A stretch of DNA of 64,000 nt, taken from contig MU058658.1 in NCBI GenBank assembly GCA_013265495.1, positions 1 through 64,000 of the forward strand. The letters are read 5' to 3'. This stretch comes from Vicugna vicugna. Its lineage: Eukaryota. Both the position numbers and the translations under genes were made by a program. The notes beneath the pieces were generated by a model that was given only the letters and a program-made list of their open reading frames with translations, did not search any database and was not told the DNA's origin. Shown one piece after another: positions 50,100 through 61,805 of the stretch. Every line of letters begins with the position of its first letter. Position 1 is the first letter of the stretch.

Positions 50100-50810
50100 G
50101 GGATGGGGGGCTGCCATGCAGTTCTGGTGCCAATTGTCACAGACTTCACAGCTAGGGGGCACGAGACTGCCCTCTCTTTAGACACCAGCCAAAAGTTTTG
50201 GGGGTTCTCAGAACTTATAGCCAAGTTCTGACCAACTTGGCTACAATTTCGGGGGCCCTAGATTCCTATAGTTACCCCCCCAGGTCCTATGATTCACCAG
50301 AACTCAGAAACGCGCTGCACTCAATGTGATGTTATTAAAGAGGATGCGGACTACAGACAGCAGCCTGCAGCCGGAGCCACCAGCGCACCACGTGCCGCTT
50401 CCGTGTCCTCAGGGCAGCCTCGCCTCCCCTGCACGTCCGCGGGGAGGCTCGCTGGAGCCTCGGGGTGCAGAGCTGCTATTAGGATTTCACTATGGAGGCA
50501 CGGTTGATTTAATCATTCGCTGCGTGATTGAATTTGGACTCCAGCTCCTCGCTCTCCTCCCCAGGGTCAGGCTGCTGTTTACCGGCTGCACAACTCTTTT
50601 TTTTTTTTTAATATATATATAAACTCATCTCTAATCCTTTCTTTTAAAAATTTTTATCTTTTTGTTGTGGGGGAAGGTAATAAAGTTTGTTTTTAAGTGG
50701 AGGTACTGGGGATTGAACCCAGGATGTCGTGCATTCCGGGCATGGGCTCCACCACTGAGCTACACCCTCCCCCGCCCTTATACCATGTTCTTAATCACTA
50801 GGCTCACAGC
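50100..50810. mobile_element. MER21-like LTR remnant with nested SINE
   Basis: CAGACTTCACAG..AGACTGCCCTCTCTTTAGACACCAGCC. Confidence 0.45.
50655..50775 (-). mobile_element. Vic-1-like SINE
   Basis: tRNA-Ala-like head. Confidence 0.85.
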
Positions 50811-50909
50811 CCTAGGAATATGGGGTGTGTGCGTGTGCACATAAATGTTCAAAGACACGCAGTAAAAGATCACACTGAAAGAAGACAAATCCCTCACTTT
50901 GCTCTAGAT

Positions 50910-51098
50910 CAGTGCTTCTTAGCCAGGAATGAACGTTGTCTCCACAGGGCGTCTGGAAGTATTTTTTTATCACAACCGGGGGAAGGGGATTTGCGGGTGC
51001 AGGCCCAGGATGTTACTCAACATCCTACAAAGCACATCACGGCCCCACCACAGAGTTATCTGGCCCCAAGTGTCCTTTGTACTGAGATGAAAGAACCT
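50910..51098. mobile_element. MER20-like hAT remnant
   Basis: CAGTGCTTCTTA..TTATCTGGCCCCAAGTGTC. Confidence 0.6.
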
Positions 51099-51629
51099 TA
51101 AACTTGGCTGAATGCGGTATCTTGCAAAATTCTGCTGAACATACCACTTTTGGACACCGACTCTGTGCAGGGCCCCCACCAGCAGGCTCCCGGGACACGA
51201 CCCCCTCACATACAAAGATATATGTGCAGGATCTTCAGCCTAGAAAGTTTTAAAAAGTGAGGAAAATTAGATCCAGGGACATGAACTCTCAAGCAGTTGA
51301 CTTGTATTTAAGACCTATATGTGACGTAGATGTGGCCGTCTCCTGACCACCAGCATTTTGTGCTGATTCGGAGAAAAGTACCTGCTTTTTTAATTCAGTG
51401 GATTTGTATGTAATATAGAGCGTGGTGTCATACTTGGTACTTAGTTCTTGAATCCAGAAGACTTTCCAAGGTTTCCTCTGGCCTCTAAGCCTTGTGCTAG
51501 CTCTCCAGCGCCTTCCACTCGGGAACCAGGAGATTCCTGTTGGAAATGTCACGGCTTCTGCTCCTTTGCATCCCTCCCTCCACCAACATCCTTTCTCACC
51601 TAGTGCTTCCAAAAGCCATTCTACCCGTG

Positions 51630-52110
51630 GAAACAGCCAGTGTGTAAAAACATCACTGAGTCCAAACTCATTCTGCTCGCTGCACGACAGCTCAATAGAT
51701 CGGGAGACAAGGAGTTGGGGCAAGGAATAACGACTTTACTTAGAAAGCCAGCAGGCTGAGAAGATCGCAGACCGGTGTCCTGGAGAAGCAGGTTCCCCCG
51801 AGGCTGAATTCAGGCTCCTTTTACACTAAAAGGGGAAGGAGTGAAGTCCTGGTCCTGCCAGATGCCGGAGGGATGTGTTCATTTCCTCCTTCCTGCAGCC
51901 ATTCTCAGGGGGGCCTGGTCAGGATGTTTCCTGTGAGCTAAACAAAGGTATTTGAGCTTAGCGCTCATCACCTGGGAGGCAGGGTGCCCCTGCCAGGCGT
52001 GGTGCATAATTTAGGCAACATCCCTTCAGTGATTAACAAGCGACAGAATACAAAGGTTAAGGTAAGAGAAGAGGATGTAAGATAGAGGCAGATTTGTTCT
52101 TCCTTATTAC
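51630..52110 (-). mobile_element. ERV1-type solo LTR
   Basis: GAGACAAGGAGTTGGGGCAAGGAATAACGACTTTACTTAGAAAGCCAGCAG antisense U5/polyA region. Confidence 0.55.
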
Positions 52111-52139
52111 AAAAACTTCAAACACACCATGGATTTTGC

Positions 52140-53275
52140 AGCTGGAACCCCCATCTCTTGCTGCTGGGAATGCAAAATAGGGGAGGTACTCTGGAAAAGA
52201 GTGAGTTTCTTGGGGGGAGGGAAGAGCTGAGTGGTAAAGCGTGTGCGTAGCATACACAAGGACCTGGGTTCAATCCCCAGCACCTCCATAATAAATGAAT
52301 AGGTAAATAAATAGATAGATAAATACCTAATTATCTCCCCCCTGCCAAAAAAAATTTTTTTTTTGAGAAGAGTGAGTTTCTTATGAAGATAGACACGTCC
52401 CGACCATATAACTCAACCATCCCACCCCTAGGGGTTGACCCTAGGGAACTGAACACTGCTGTTCACCCAAAAAAATGCAAATCAGGACCTCAGTGCAATA
52501 CCACTTCACTCCATGACGTTTTTTACAAAAGGAAAATAACCAGAGTTGACAAGGATGCGGAGAAACGGAAACACCCGTGTGTGGCTGGAGGGGACATAAA
52601 AGGGTGCAGCGCTGTGGAACGCAGTGTGGCGGTTCCTCAAAACGGTAAACGTAGATTTGTTCCCCGTGTGATCCAGCAGTTGCACTGGGAATGAACGTTG
52701 CCCCACAGGGCGTCTGGAAGTATTTTTTTTTTTATCACAACCGGGGGAAGGAGATTTGTGGGTGCAGGCCAGGGGTGTACACCTGAGAAAGAATTGAAAG
52801 CAGAGACCCCAGCAGATATCTGGACATCCGTGTTCAGAGCAGCATTTTTGACAGTAGCCAAAAGGTGGAAAGGACGCCCTTGTCCAGACACAGATGCAAG
52901 CTAAACAAAATGTCTGTCCACACAAGGGGTGTTCTTCAGCCCTAAAAAGGAGTGCGGCTCTGGCCCCTGGCACAGCGGGGTGGACCCTGAAGACCCGTGT
53001 GAGATGAGCCAGGCACAGAAGGACACAGAAGGGTTCTCACCTGTGGCCTCTAGCAGGGACGGGTTCCGGGGGACAGAACATGGATGGCGGTTACCCGGGG
53101 CGGGGAACTCGAGGGGACACGGTGTTACTGCTTCTGTTTGGAATGCAGAAAAGTTGGAGATACGTGGTAGTGACGGTTGCACAACGTCGTGAATGCGCGT
53201 AAGCTGCTGCCTGATACTCTTCCACGTGGTTAAAGTGGCCAACTCCATGTCTATTTTACCACAATAGAAAAAAAT
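52140..53275 (+). mobile_element. Old L1M remnants with nested SINE and templated insert
   Basis: L1 ORF2 terminus/3'UTR motifs. Confidence 0.7.
52213..52352 (+). mobile_element. Vic-1-like SINE
   Basis: tRNA-Ala-like head; flanking AAGAGTGAGTTTC duplication. Confidence 0.85.
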
Positions 53276-53284
53276 GTTTTCACT

Positions 53285-53870
53285 TTTTTTTTTGCAGGGT
53301 GGGGAGGTACTTAGGTTTATTTATTTATTTTTTTAATTGTTCATTGAAATACAGTCAGTTTGCAGTGTTGTGTCAATTTCTGGTGGACAGCATCATGTTT
53401 CAGTCATACATACACGTGCATGTATTTGTTTTCATATTCTTTTCCATTATAGGTTACTGCAAGATATTGGATATAGTTTCCTGTGCTGTCCAGAGGAAAC
53501 TTACTCTTTATCTACTTTATATACAGCAGTTAGTATCTGCAAATCCCAAACTCCCAATTATCCCTTCCCACCCGCTTCCTCCCTGGTAACCATAAGTTTG
53601 TTTTCAATGTCTGTGAGTCCATTTCTGTTTTGTAAATAATTTCACTTGTGTCTTTTTTTTTAGATTCCACATATAAATGATATCATTTTTTTTATCTTTC
53701 TGGCTTATTTCACTTACCATGATGATCTTCAGGTCCATCATGTTGCTGCAAATGGCATGATTTCATTCTTTTTTATGGCTGAGTAATATTCCATCGTATA
53801 TAGATGCCGTTATCTTTTTTTATCCAGTCATCTGTCAATGGACATTTAGGTTGTTTCTGTGACTTGGGTA
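53285..53870 (-). mobile_element. L1 3' end nested in a SINE tail
   Basis: Same 3'UTR as other young L1 copies. Confidence 0.85.
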
Positions 53871-53874
53871 TTAA

Positions 53875-53953
53875 ATTTTTTTTTAATGGAGGTACTGGGG
53901 ATTGAACCCAGGACCTCATGCATGCTAAGCACATGCTCTAACACTATACCCAC
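53875..53953 (-). mobile_element. Vic-1-like SINE
   Basis: tRNA-Ala-like head. Confidence 0.85.
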
Positions 53954-54074
53954 CTGCTTCCAAAAAAATTTTAATGTAAAAAATAACACAGACTATCTCA
54001 TTCATAGTTTTAGATGTTGTTTACATATTGAAAAGATAATAGTTTGCATATATTAAGTAAATAACTTTTTTTTA

Positions 54075-54555
54075 AACCTATACCTGAATGTTTGCAGGAG
54101 CTCTATTTATAACAGCCCCAAACTGGAAACAATTCAAATGCCCTTGAAAAGAGAAACAAAGCAATAAGCTTTAGTGCATCAACATAATGGAGTAGTACTC
54201 GTCAGTAAAAAGGAACAGACTGTGGGAATAATCCAACAATTGGAATAATTTCCAGGGTGTTAGGTGGAGTAAAAGGACCCAGACTCAAAGGGTCACACGC
54301 TGATTCCATTTACATGATGTTGTTGCAAAGACAAGAGTACAGGGATGGGGAACGGATCTGGGGTTGCCAGGGGTGTGGGGTGTGGGAGAAGTGTGACTTA
54401 AAGGGGCACCTCAGGGGAATTTGGTGGGAGAGAGAGGACTGTTCTGTATCCTGCCTGTGCCCGTGGTGACACGAATCTATGGCTGTGTTAAATCTCATAG
54501 AATGGGACACCCTAAGAAGGGTCACTTTTACTGTTTACCAATTAAAAATATAAAA
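54075..54555 (+). mobile_element. Old L1M 3' region
   Basis: TATTTATAACAGCCCCAAACTGGAAACAATTCAAATGCCC. Confidence 0.65.
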
Positions 54556-55619
54556 TAAGACACAGAGGCCCTCAGAGCTGGCCGGTGAGGCAGGGGCCCT
54601 GCAATGCAATTCTGATGCTGTTGCCAGGATTTGGCACAGACTTCACAGGTCTCACGTTCCCCACCGTCACCACATCAAGACACGAGCAGAAAACAAAATA
54701 AGAAACGTGTGTAAAATCTGGAGTTCCCTTCTGCTCTTGGGATGAAGGAAGTCTCCCCCTGGAGGCAAGGCTTTGAATAACCTGGGCACAGCATTTTTAC
54801 ACAGATTGTACCAACTCTGTGCCCCTTTCTCTGATTCCTGAACCCTCAGGTTTGTTCCTGCCCAGGGCCTTTGCACTTACAGTTCCCTCTGCCCACAGCT
54901 TTCACCAAGACCCAGACCAATGGGGTGGCCCAGAGCAAGATCAGACACCCCGTGGCTGTCCCCACACATATGTGATGCAGAGAACAGGGCACAGGTCCTC
55001 CGTGGCCCAGATTCCAAGGCTGTCTGGTGCTGGGGTGGAGCCCCATTATGGAATGTTTCCTCTGAGGTGAGCTGGAGAAACATGGTGGCCACTCTCTGGA
55101 AACTGGGGGAGCCTCCCTTGGAGCCCCCAAGTCAGAGCTGCCCAGTCGGGGCCCTCAGACTCCCAGGTCTGGCGCCTTTGCTGTGTCAGGAGACATGCTT
55201 TGGTGTGTCCACAGAGCAGAGGTGCCCAGTGATTGCAGAGGCACACTCCACAGGCATCCACGGAGCACTGAGCCTCCAGGCCATGTACATTTTAGAGACA
55301 GCCCACTCCTTACTTTGTATCTTCCCATCCTGGTCAGCTGCTCATATGTGCCTGGCCGTCAACACAAGCATGATGGACAGGACCCAAGAGTACACACATC
55401 TACATACACCACCGGTGCTTAAAGCGGAAACGTGGTTTACACGTGGGCACCTGCAGATCTCTGAAGGTGGCTTGTGGTTGCAAAGACACCCACCCTCTTC
55501 CCTGGCTGGAGGCTGTGTCCGTGGTGGGGCCTCCAGCTGGGCGCTGAGAGCATGACTGGGGCTCACTCCAGCGGGGCTGCTTTGGGGAGGCAGGAAGCGG
55601 GGCTCAGGACGTCCTGGGG

Positions 55620-55946
55620 NNNNNNNNNNNNNNNNNNNNNNNNNNNNNNNNNNNNNNNNNNNNNNNNNNNNNNNNNNNNNNNNNNNNNNNNNNNNNNNNN
55701 NNNNNNNNNNNNNNNNNNNNNNNNNNNNNNNNNNNNNNNNNNNNNNNNNNNNNNNNNNNNNNNNNNNNNNNNNNNNNNNNNNNNNNNNNNNNNNNNNNNN
55801 NNNNNNNNNNNNNNNNNNNNNNNNNNNNNNNNNNNNNNNNNNNNNNNNNNNNNNNNNNNNNNNNNNNNNNNNNNNNNNNNNNNNNNNNNNNNNNNNNNNN
55901 NNNNNNNNNNNNNNNNNNNNNNNNNNNNNNNNNNNNNNNNNNNNNN
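55620..55946. other. Assembly gap (327 N)
   Basis: Run of N. Confidence 1.
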
Positions 55947-56004
55947 AAAGCAAGAAGGGGCTCCTTCCTTTTTTCTGCAGTCTTACCCTCAACCTGTTAA
56001 TGGA

Positions 56005-56098
56005 GTTTTTTGTTCCCCTTAATGGGCACTGGGCCTGGAACCCCAGGCCTCATGCAGGCCAAGCACGTGCTCCACCACTGAGCCGCACCCCCACCCCT
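56005..56098 (-). mobile_element. Vic-1-like SINE inside right duplication arm
   Basis: Reverse complement of 45295-45388. Confidence 0.7.
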
Positions 56099-56744
56099 CC
56101 CCTCGTCAGTGGGGTTTTCTATTTGCTGTTCAGTGTCACGCCCCCTCAGGCACACGCGGATACTGGTAGGGGGGAGTGCAGCCCCTCACGGGTGCTGGGG
56201 CCACACCTGACCCTAACCCTCCCCAGGCCCGTGCCCAGAAACCCTCTCCTGGGGGGCAGAGGGCAGCAAGGGTTCCTGGGAGGGGAGGGATGTGAATTGC
56301 TCAGAACCTGCCCCAGGGAGGCAGGAGAAAGTAGGGGCAAGACTCTCAGCCCTCAGTCCCGTTGGACTTCGCTTCCAAAGCAAAACTTCAAAGACAAACT
56401 TAAGAATTTCACCACAGTGACCTCAGAGCATTCACCTCCCAGACAGGGACCCCTAAGGGGGGCCTGGTCGCCAGGTCTTCGGTCACCGCCCCCCACGCCG
56501 CTCTCCCACACTGCTCCCCTGTGATCCTACAAAGGCGGAAGCTTGCTCTTGCTATGCACTGGCTGTTCCCGCCGCCTGGAGCAGCCTCCTCCCCAGCCTG
56601 ACTCACTGTCTCCTTTACCCCTGCTGAGCTCTGCTGCCTGTGCCAGACCCCCTGGGCGGGGTGGGGGGGTCCCTCCTCTGTTAGGTGAGATTAGAAAGCA
56701 ATAAAAGTGAAATTTGAATCCCTGCTCATTTCATGTCCTGTCAC

Positions 56745-56932
56745 CATGGTTCCCAGCCTGGAAAGATGTGCCCGAGGGCCCCTGGCAATGTCGGGAAATA
56801 TGCTCACTTTGTCACAGCTGGGAGGAGGGTGCGCTGTTGGCCTCCAGAGAGTGGAGACCAGGGACGTTGCTCAATTTCCTACAGCACCCGGGACAGCTGG
56901 CGCCATCCGTGATGCCGAGGCTGAGAAAAGCC
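56745..56932. mobile_element. MER20-like hAT remnant
   Basis: CTGGCAATGTCGGGAAATATG..GCCGAGGCTGAGAAAAGCC. Confidence 0.55.
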
Positions 56933-57329
56933 ATGCTCTGTGTGGAATTCCCTTCAGCAAGCTTATCTGAAAACAGGCTTGCATCATGGCATTGAAATGT
57001 GAACTGCGTTCCCACGAGAGCCAGCTGTGTGCTGAACCCCCTCGCAGGCATGCAGGACAGGCGTCTGTTCTGTCAGACGCGGGGAGGAAAGACAGCCAGC
57101 CCCAGGAAACTGGGAAGCACGGGCTGTCGCTGGCATCTAGGGACATCTCTGCAGAGCAGACAGCTGCAATGTGAGTGCTTGGGTGGTTTGAAGATGGACA
57201 GCCCCGCGGTGCTGGCCATGGCAAGTTGTTCCCGAGAAGCCACTGTCTGCCTGGGCCTCTGCTCATCAGCCTGGGGGAGAGTCCGTGGTGTCTCTTCAAG
57301 CCCAGCCTTGGTCTGGAGACCAGACATTC

Positions 57330-58262
57330 TTCTTTTTTAATTGAAGTCTGGTTGATTTACACTGTTGTGTTAGTTTCAGGTGTACAGCAAAGTGCTTCAG
57401 TTACACATATGTACATATATATTCGTTTTCAGATTCTTTTCCATTGTAGATTATTACATGATATTGAATATAGTTCCCTGTGCTGCACAGTAGGACCATG
57501 TTGTTGACCTATTCTGTACGTGGTAGTTTGTATCTGCTAATCCCAAACTCCCAGTTTATGGCCCCATCTTTGTACTTTGGTAGCCATAAGTCTGTTTTCT
57601 ATGTCTGTGAGTCTGTTTCTGTTTTGTAAAAAAGTTGCTTTGTGTCTTTTTTTTTTTTGATTCCACGTATGAATGATATCATATGATATTTTTCTTTCTC
57701 TTTCTGACTTACTTCACTTAGAATGACAATCTCCAGGTCCATCCGTGTTGCTGCAAATGGCATTATGTTGTCAGTTTTTATGGCTGAATAGTATTCCATT
57801 GTATAAATATACCACAGCTTCTTTATCCAGTCATTTGTCGGTGGACATTTAGTTTGTCTCCATGTCTTGATTATTGTAAATAGTGCTGCTGTGAACATTG
57901 AGGTCCATGTATGGTTTTGAATTTAGAGTTTTCTCTGGATATATGCCCAAGAGTGGAGTTGCTGGATCATATGGTAGCTCTATTTTTAGTTTTTAAAGGA
58001 ACCTGCATACCCTTCTTTATAATGGCTACACCAATTTACATTCCCACCAACAGTGTAGGAGGGTTCCCTTTTCTCCACAGCCTCTCCGGGGTTTGTTATT
58101 TGTAGACTTTCTGGTGATGGCCATTCTGACCAGTGTGAGGCGAGACCTCACTGTACTGTGATTTGCGTTTCTCTGATAATTAGCGATGTTGAGCATATTT
58201 TCATGTGCCTGTTGGCCATCTGGTTGTCTTCTTTGGAGCAATGTCTGTTTAGGTCTTCTGGC
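57330..58262 (-). mobile_element. L1 3' end
   Basis: ORF2 C-terminal peptides on minus strand plus 3'UTR. Confidence 0.92.
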
Positions 58263-58732
58263 ACTAAGTTTGTGGTTATTGTGACATAGCGATTGAAAAC
58301 TAATGCACTCACCACAGGAAAACGTGATACACGTCTTTATAATCAAAGGGTGCAAGAGGCCTTGTTAATGACCCAAAACCATCAGCTTAAAAAAACAGAT
58401 GAATGAATATGCCATGTACAATTTGAAAATGTATGTACCAAGCAGCGAGGGACCCACCATGAACAGTGTTGATGATGAACCTTTCTCAAGGGCCCTCTGA
58501 TCATGTCAGTTTCAAGCCCACAGTGGCAGGAGACCCCGACGTTCACATAACAGTGGGGAAGATGGTGTCCTATGGGCAGCGAGGGCCACAGAATTTCCTC
58601 TGTGGGGGAACTTAGAGGAGGCAACATTTTGCAAGAAATAGGAGGTTAGGAATGTATCTTGAAACTGCATTTGCTTTACTTTCTTAACACTCAGGCCACA
58701 TTGTTGCAAGAAAAGTACACAGCATTATTACT

Positions 58733-58763
<31 letters not shown>

Positions 58764-58768
58764 CGCGA
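58733..58768. repeat. (TG)n(CG)n microsatellite
   Basis: Direct reading; alternating purine-pyrimidine tract. Confidence 0.9.
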
Positions 58769-58944
58769 GCATGAAGTTACAGAATGAGAAAAATGAAAAT
58801 TCCCCCATTGTTTTATATTTTTCATTTAAAGTAGGGGATATTTTTTCAGGAAATCAGAGTGAAAAGCACTGATGGCTCACTAATTATGTGCCAGGCATTG
58901 TTTTCCACATCAGGGATTCAAAGTCATTACATTAGAAAATGAAA

Positions 58945-59012
58945 GAACAGATTTTCAGCCTCTGAAAAGTCCAGGAACAATTACAGCCTGCGGTATCCAT
59001 GGAAACAATCAG
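58945..59012 (+). promoter_or_regulatory. X-box site, possible diverged module copy 14
   Basis: CAGCCTGCG-GTATCCATGGAAAC 58993-59006; CTGAAAAGTCCAG upstream at shorter spacing. Confidence 0.5.
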
Positions 59013-59259
59013 CAAAACAATCTTAATGGACTCAAACACCTTTTTTTTTTTGTACCATTTTGAAAAGGGCATCTCTTGAATACTAAGCGTATTGTGCCGT
59101 TTCTGAGAAACCCACCTCCCTTTCCTGATCATTCAATGGCAAGATACATACAACATACAGACTGGACCCCCAGTAGGCGTTAATCATGAATCTGGGGAAT
59201 TTTCTGTCACAGCTTGGGCCAAGGTCCCCCATGCACACACCTGGTGTGGCTTCTACTCA

Positions 59260-59385
59260 GGGAAGGAATTTCAGCCCCCAAAGACCCTTACTCGGAACGT
59301 TTGCCGTCCTGATCATCTGTATCTCGTGGATATCCATCAGCAGAGGCTCTCTGTCTCCATGGCAACCCCCTTTAGTCTCAGGTGC
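59260..59385 (+). promoter_or_regulatory. X-box site, possible diverged module copy 15
   Basis: GTCTCCATGGCAAC 59353-59366; GGAATTTCAGCC about 80 nt upstream. Confidence 0.5.
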
Positions 59386-60894
59386 GTCCTCTCTCCCTAG
59401 GCGGCCTCCACGTCCCCATCGCATTTCCCTGCAAGGAATCGTGACACGGTCCATCCTTTCCACACACAGAACAACCTTTACGCTGTCCTGCTCTGTCTCC
59501 CTCCTCAAAACTCTGCCCTCAGCCTCAAAACTCTGCCCGCTAACATCAGTGGTGTCACTAGATCACACAGGAATGGACAGTTCTCTCAACCAGCAACTTG
59601 CCCCTGGAGGAATCACTCCTCTTAGGAGATAAACAACCTTTGAGGGACACCACTTGGGCAGGAATCTAGCTTCAGTTACCTCGGAAGCTAAGCACAGGTT
59701 TTTTTCTGATAAAGTAACATCCCCCTACTTTGACCCGCTGCCCTGAACTTTTTATGGTATTTGTGTGAGATTGGATTCTAAATCAATCAGTGTACAACCT
59801 CTCAGATTTCTGTTGCTTCTTTGTTTTTCTTTCCATTGTATTTTTTTTGAGGTGTAGTTGATTTACAATGTTAGTTTCAGGTGTACAGCAAAGCAATTCA
59901 GTTATTTCTATACATACATATATTTTCAGATTCTTTTCCATTGTATCTGTTTGCTTCTGAGCTCAGAAAGCTGTTGGTTTTCTTCTAAGATTTGCTGAGT
60001 TGATCTTACTTCTACGTTGTCCTGTCTTGTACCTCGAGTCCTGAGATTGGGGCTTTCTCTTCCCCCTTCCCCATAAGGCTACACACTTGAAGATGGCCAC
60101 CTTTTAATTTTTCCTGTTAAATTTCATTGCAACATGGATTCACATACATTGTTCTTTTTTTTTTTTTGTAATCAAATAACATTGATTTCTGCATTGGTGA
60201 AGTAAACAAGGGAAAATCTTTTATCATGGCAGAACGCAGCCAGTACGTTAAAGACTGCTTTCTGTAGTTTTCCTGGAGCCCTCCCCGATCAGAATCACTG
60301 CACCTGGAGTGAGGATTCGTTCCAAAGGCAGAGACCCGTGCACAGGAGGTGTCAAGCAGTCCCCAGCCCCTCCCCTCTCTAGCTCACTTTCCCTTTACTC
60401 CATTTTGTTGTTTTTCTCACAGTCATCAGTGTCCGAACTTATCCGCTTTTTTTTTTGGTAACACCTTTATTGTGGTGTGGTTCCTGTACAGTAAACTACA
60501 CACATTTCAAATGTACACTCTGATTAATTTTGATCGCTGTGTACACCTGTGGAATCACCACCACAATCAAGATAGCTAGCATTTCCCTCCCTCCCCAAGA
60601 GGTGCAAATTTCGAACTCCCAGTTTATCCCTTCCCACCCCCTCCCCAACCTTGGTAACCGAAAGCTTGTTCTTTATGCCTGTGAGTCTGTTTCCGTTTTG
60701 TAAGGAGGTTCATTTGAGCCCTTTTTTCAGATTCCACATACGAGCCATATCATGTGGCATTTTCCTCCTCTTTCTGAGGCGGTGTTTCTGGTTTATTCGT
60801 TTGCTCGCTGGTGTCCGAGTGATCCCTGAGAAGCTCACCTGTCTGCTTCCCCTCTGCGGTGCCCAGACCCGCCGATGTTCCGCGTGCATGTTTT

Positions 60895-61018
60895 TGTTTT
60901 TTAACTTTGGGTGGGAGGTAACTAGGCTTTTTAACTTTTTACTGGAAATTCTGGGGATTGAACCCAAGACCTCATGCGTGCTCAGTACATGCTCTACCAC
61001 TGAGGTGCATCCTCCCCT
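60895..61018 (-). mobile_element. Vic-1-like SINE
   Basis: tRNA-Ala-like head. Confidence 0.8.
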
Positions 61019-61642
61019 CTTCAACACACGTGTTTTACATGAATGTGTCAAAGGTGACCTCAAATCTGCACATGTCCTTTGGCCCAACAATATTACTCCT
61101 AGAAGATACCCTGCAGGCAAACAGGTGCCAAATACGATACTGACGAGACTCTTTTCTGTGGCTTTTTGGGAGCCGGGAAAAGCACAGGAGCCACTCACTG
61201 CCCGTGGGAGGAGAGCTGCTTAAATCCATCTCGGTGTGTTCACTCTGTGAAGGATTCCACTACAGTCGAAAGAAAATAAAGGAACTCAAGCATACTGACA
61301 GGGAACAACCCCCAAGCTGTATTGTCACATGAAGAAAGACACGTGCCAAAGGGGACAGGTTGTCATTTCCCACGGTGTGCAAATAGAAGCGTGCATGACA
61401 ATCTATAATATGAGAACGCAATTATGCATAGTAACAGATGCATGATAATTTTGCATAAATATGTATGTAAAGCTTCGCCCCGGGTGATACACAAAAGAAG
61501 ATGGTGTTATGACAGTTGCAAGTGGAGAAGGGAGAAGTGAAGAAACAAATGGTGAGCAGTGGAAAAGAGATTTCTTTTTGCTCCGTCTGATGAGTGTCAT
61601 TGTGCTTTCCTCAAAATGAATCGATCAAGAAGCGAGCATAGC

Positions 61643-61805
61643 GGGGAGGGTACAGCTCAGTGGCAGAGTGAGTGCTTAGCATGCATGAGGTCCTGGGTTC
61701 AATCCCCAGTACTGCCATTAAAAAAATAAATAACTATACTTCAATTAAAAAAAAAGAATGGAAATTAAATAAATAAACCTAACTACCCCTCCAAAAAAAA
61801 GAAAC
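61643..61805 (+). mobile_element. Vic-1-like SINE
   Basis: tRNA-Ala-like head. Confidence 0.9.

Larger units (their letters stand above)
55415..56649 (-). repeat. Inverted duplication, right arm (contains N gap)
   Basis: 55415-55619 = rc of 45849-46053; 55947-56649 = rc of 44744-45446. Confidence 0.95.

Noticed and set aside
55342..56022. ORFs of 216 and 182 aa
   Set aside because: Artefacts of translating through the N gap.
57212..57225. CTGGCCATGGCAAG
   Set aside because: Three mismatches to consensus and no module flanks.
4155..59385. Recurring peptide motifs in the ORF track (FPWQQ, CHGN, AMET, LEFSRL) as a repeated protein domain
   Set aside because: They are translations of the palindromic DNA motifs in different frames; frames and spacer lengths are not preserved between copies.
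4155..59385. CRISPR-like array or MHC SXY promoter modules
   Set aside because: Mammalian DNA with kilobase-scale irregular spacing and no cas genes; no Y box (CCAAT) or X2 box at fixed distance, and the X-box is the palindromic RFX1-4 type.
61643..61720. tRNA-Ala(AGC)-like sequences, about 21 copies
   Set aside because: A-rich tails, divergence, deletions and nesting within other repeats identify them as SINEs rather than tRNA genes.
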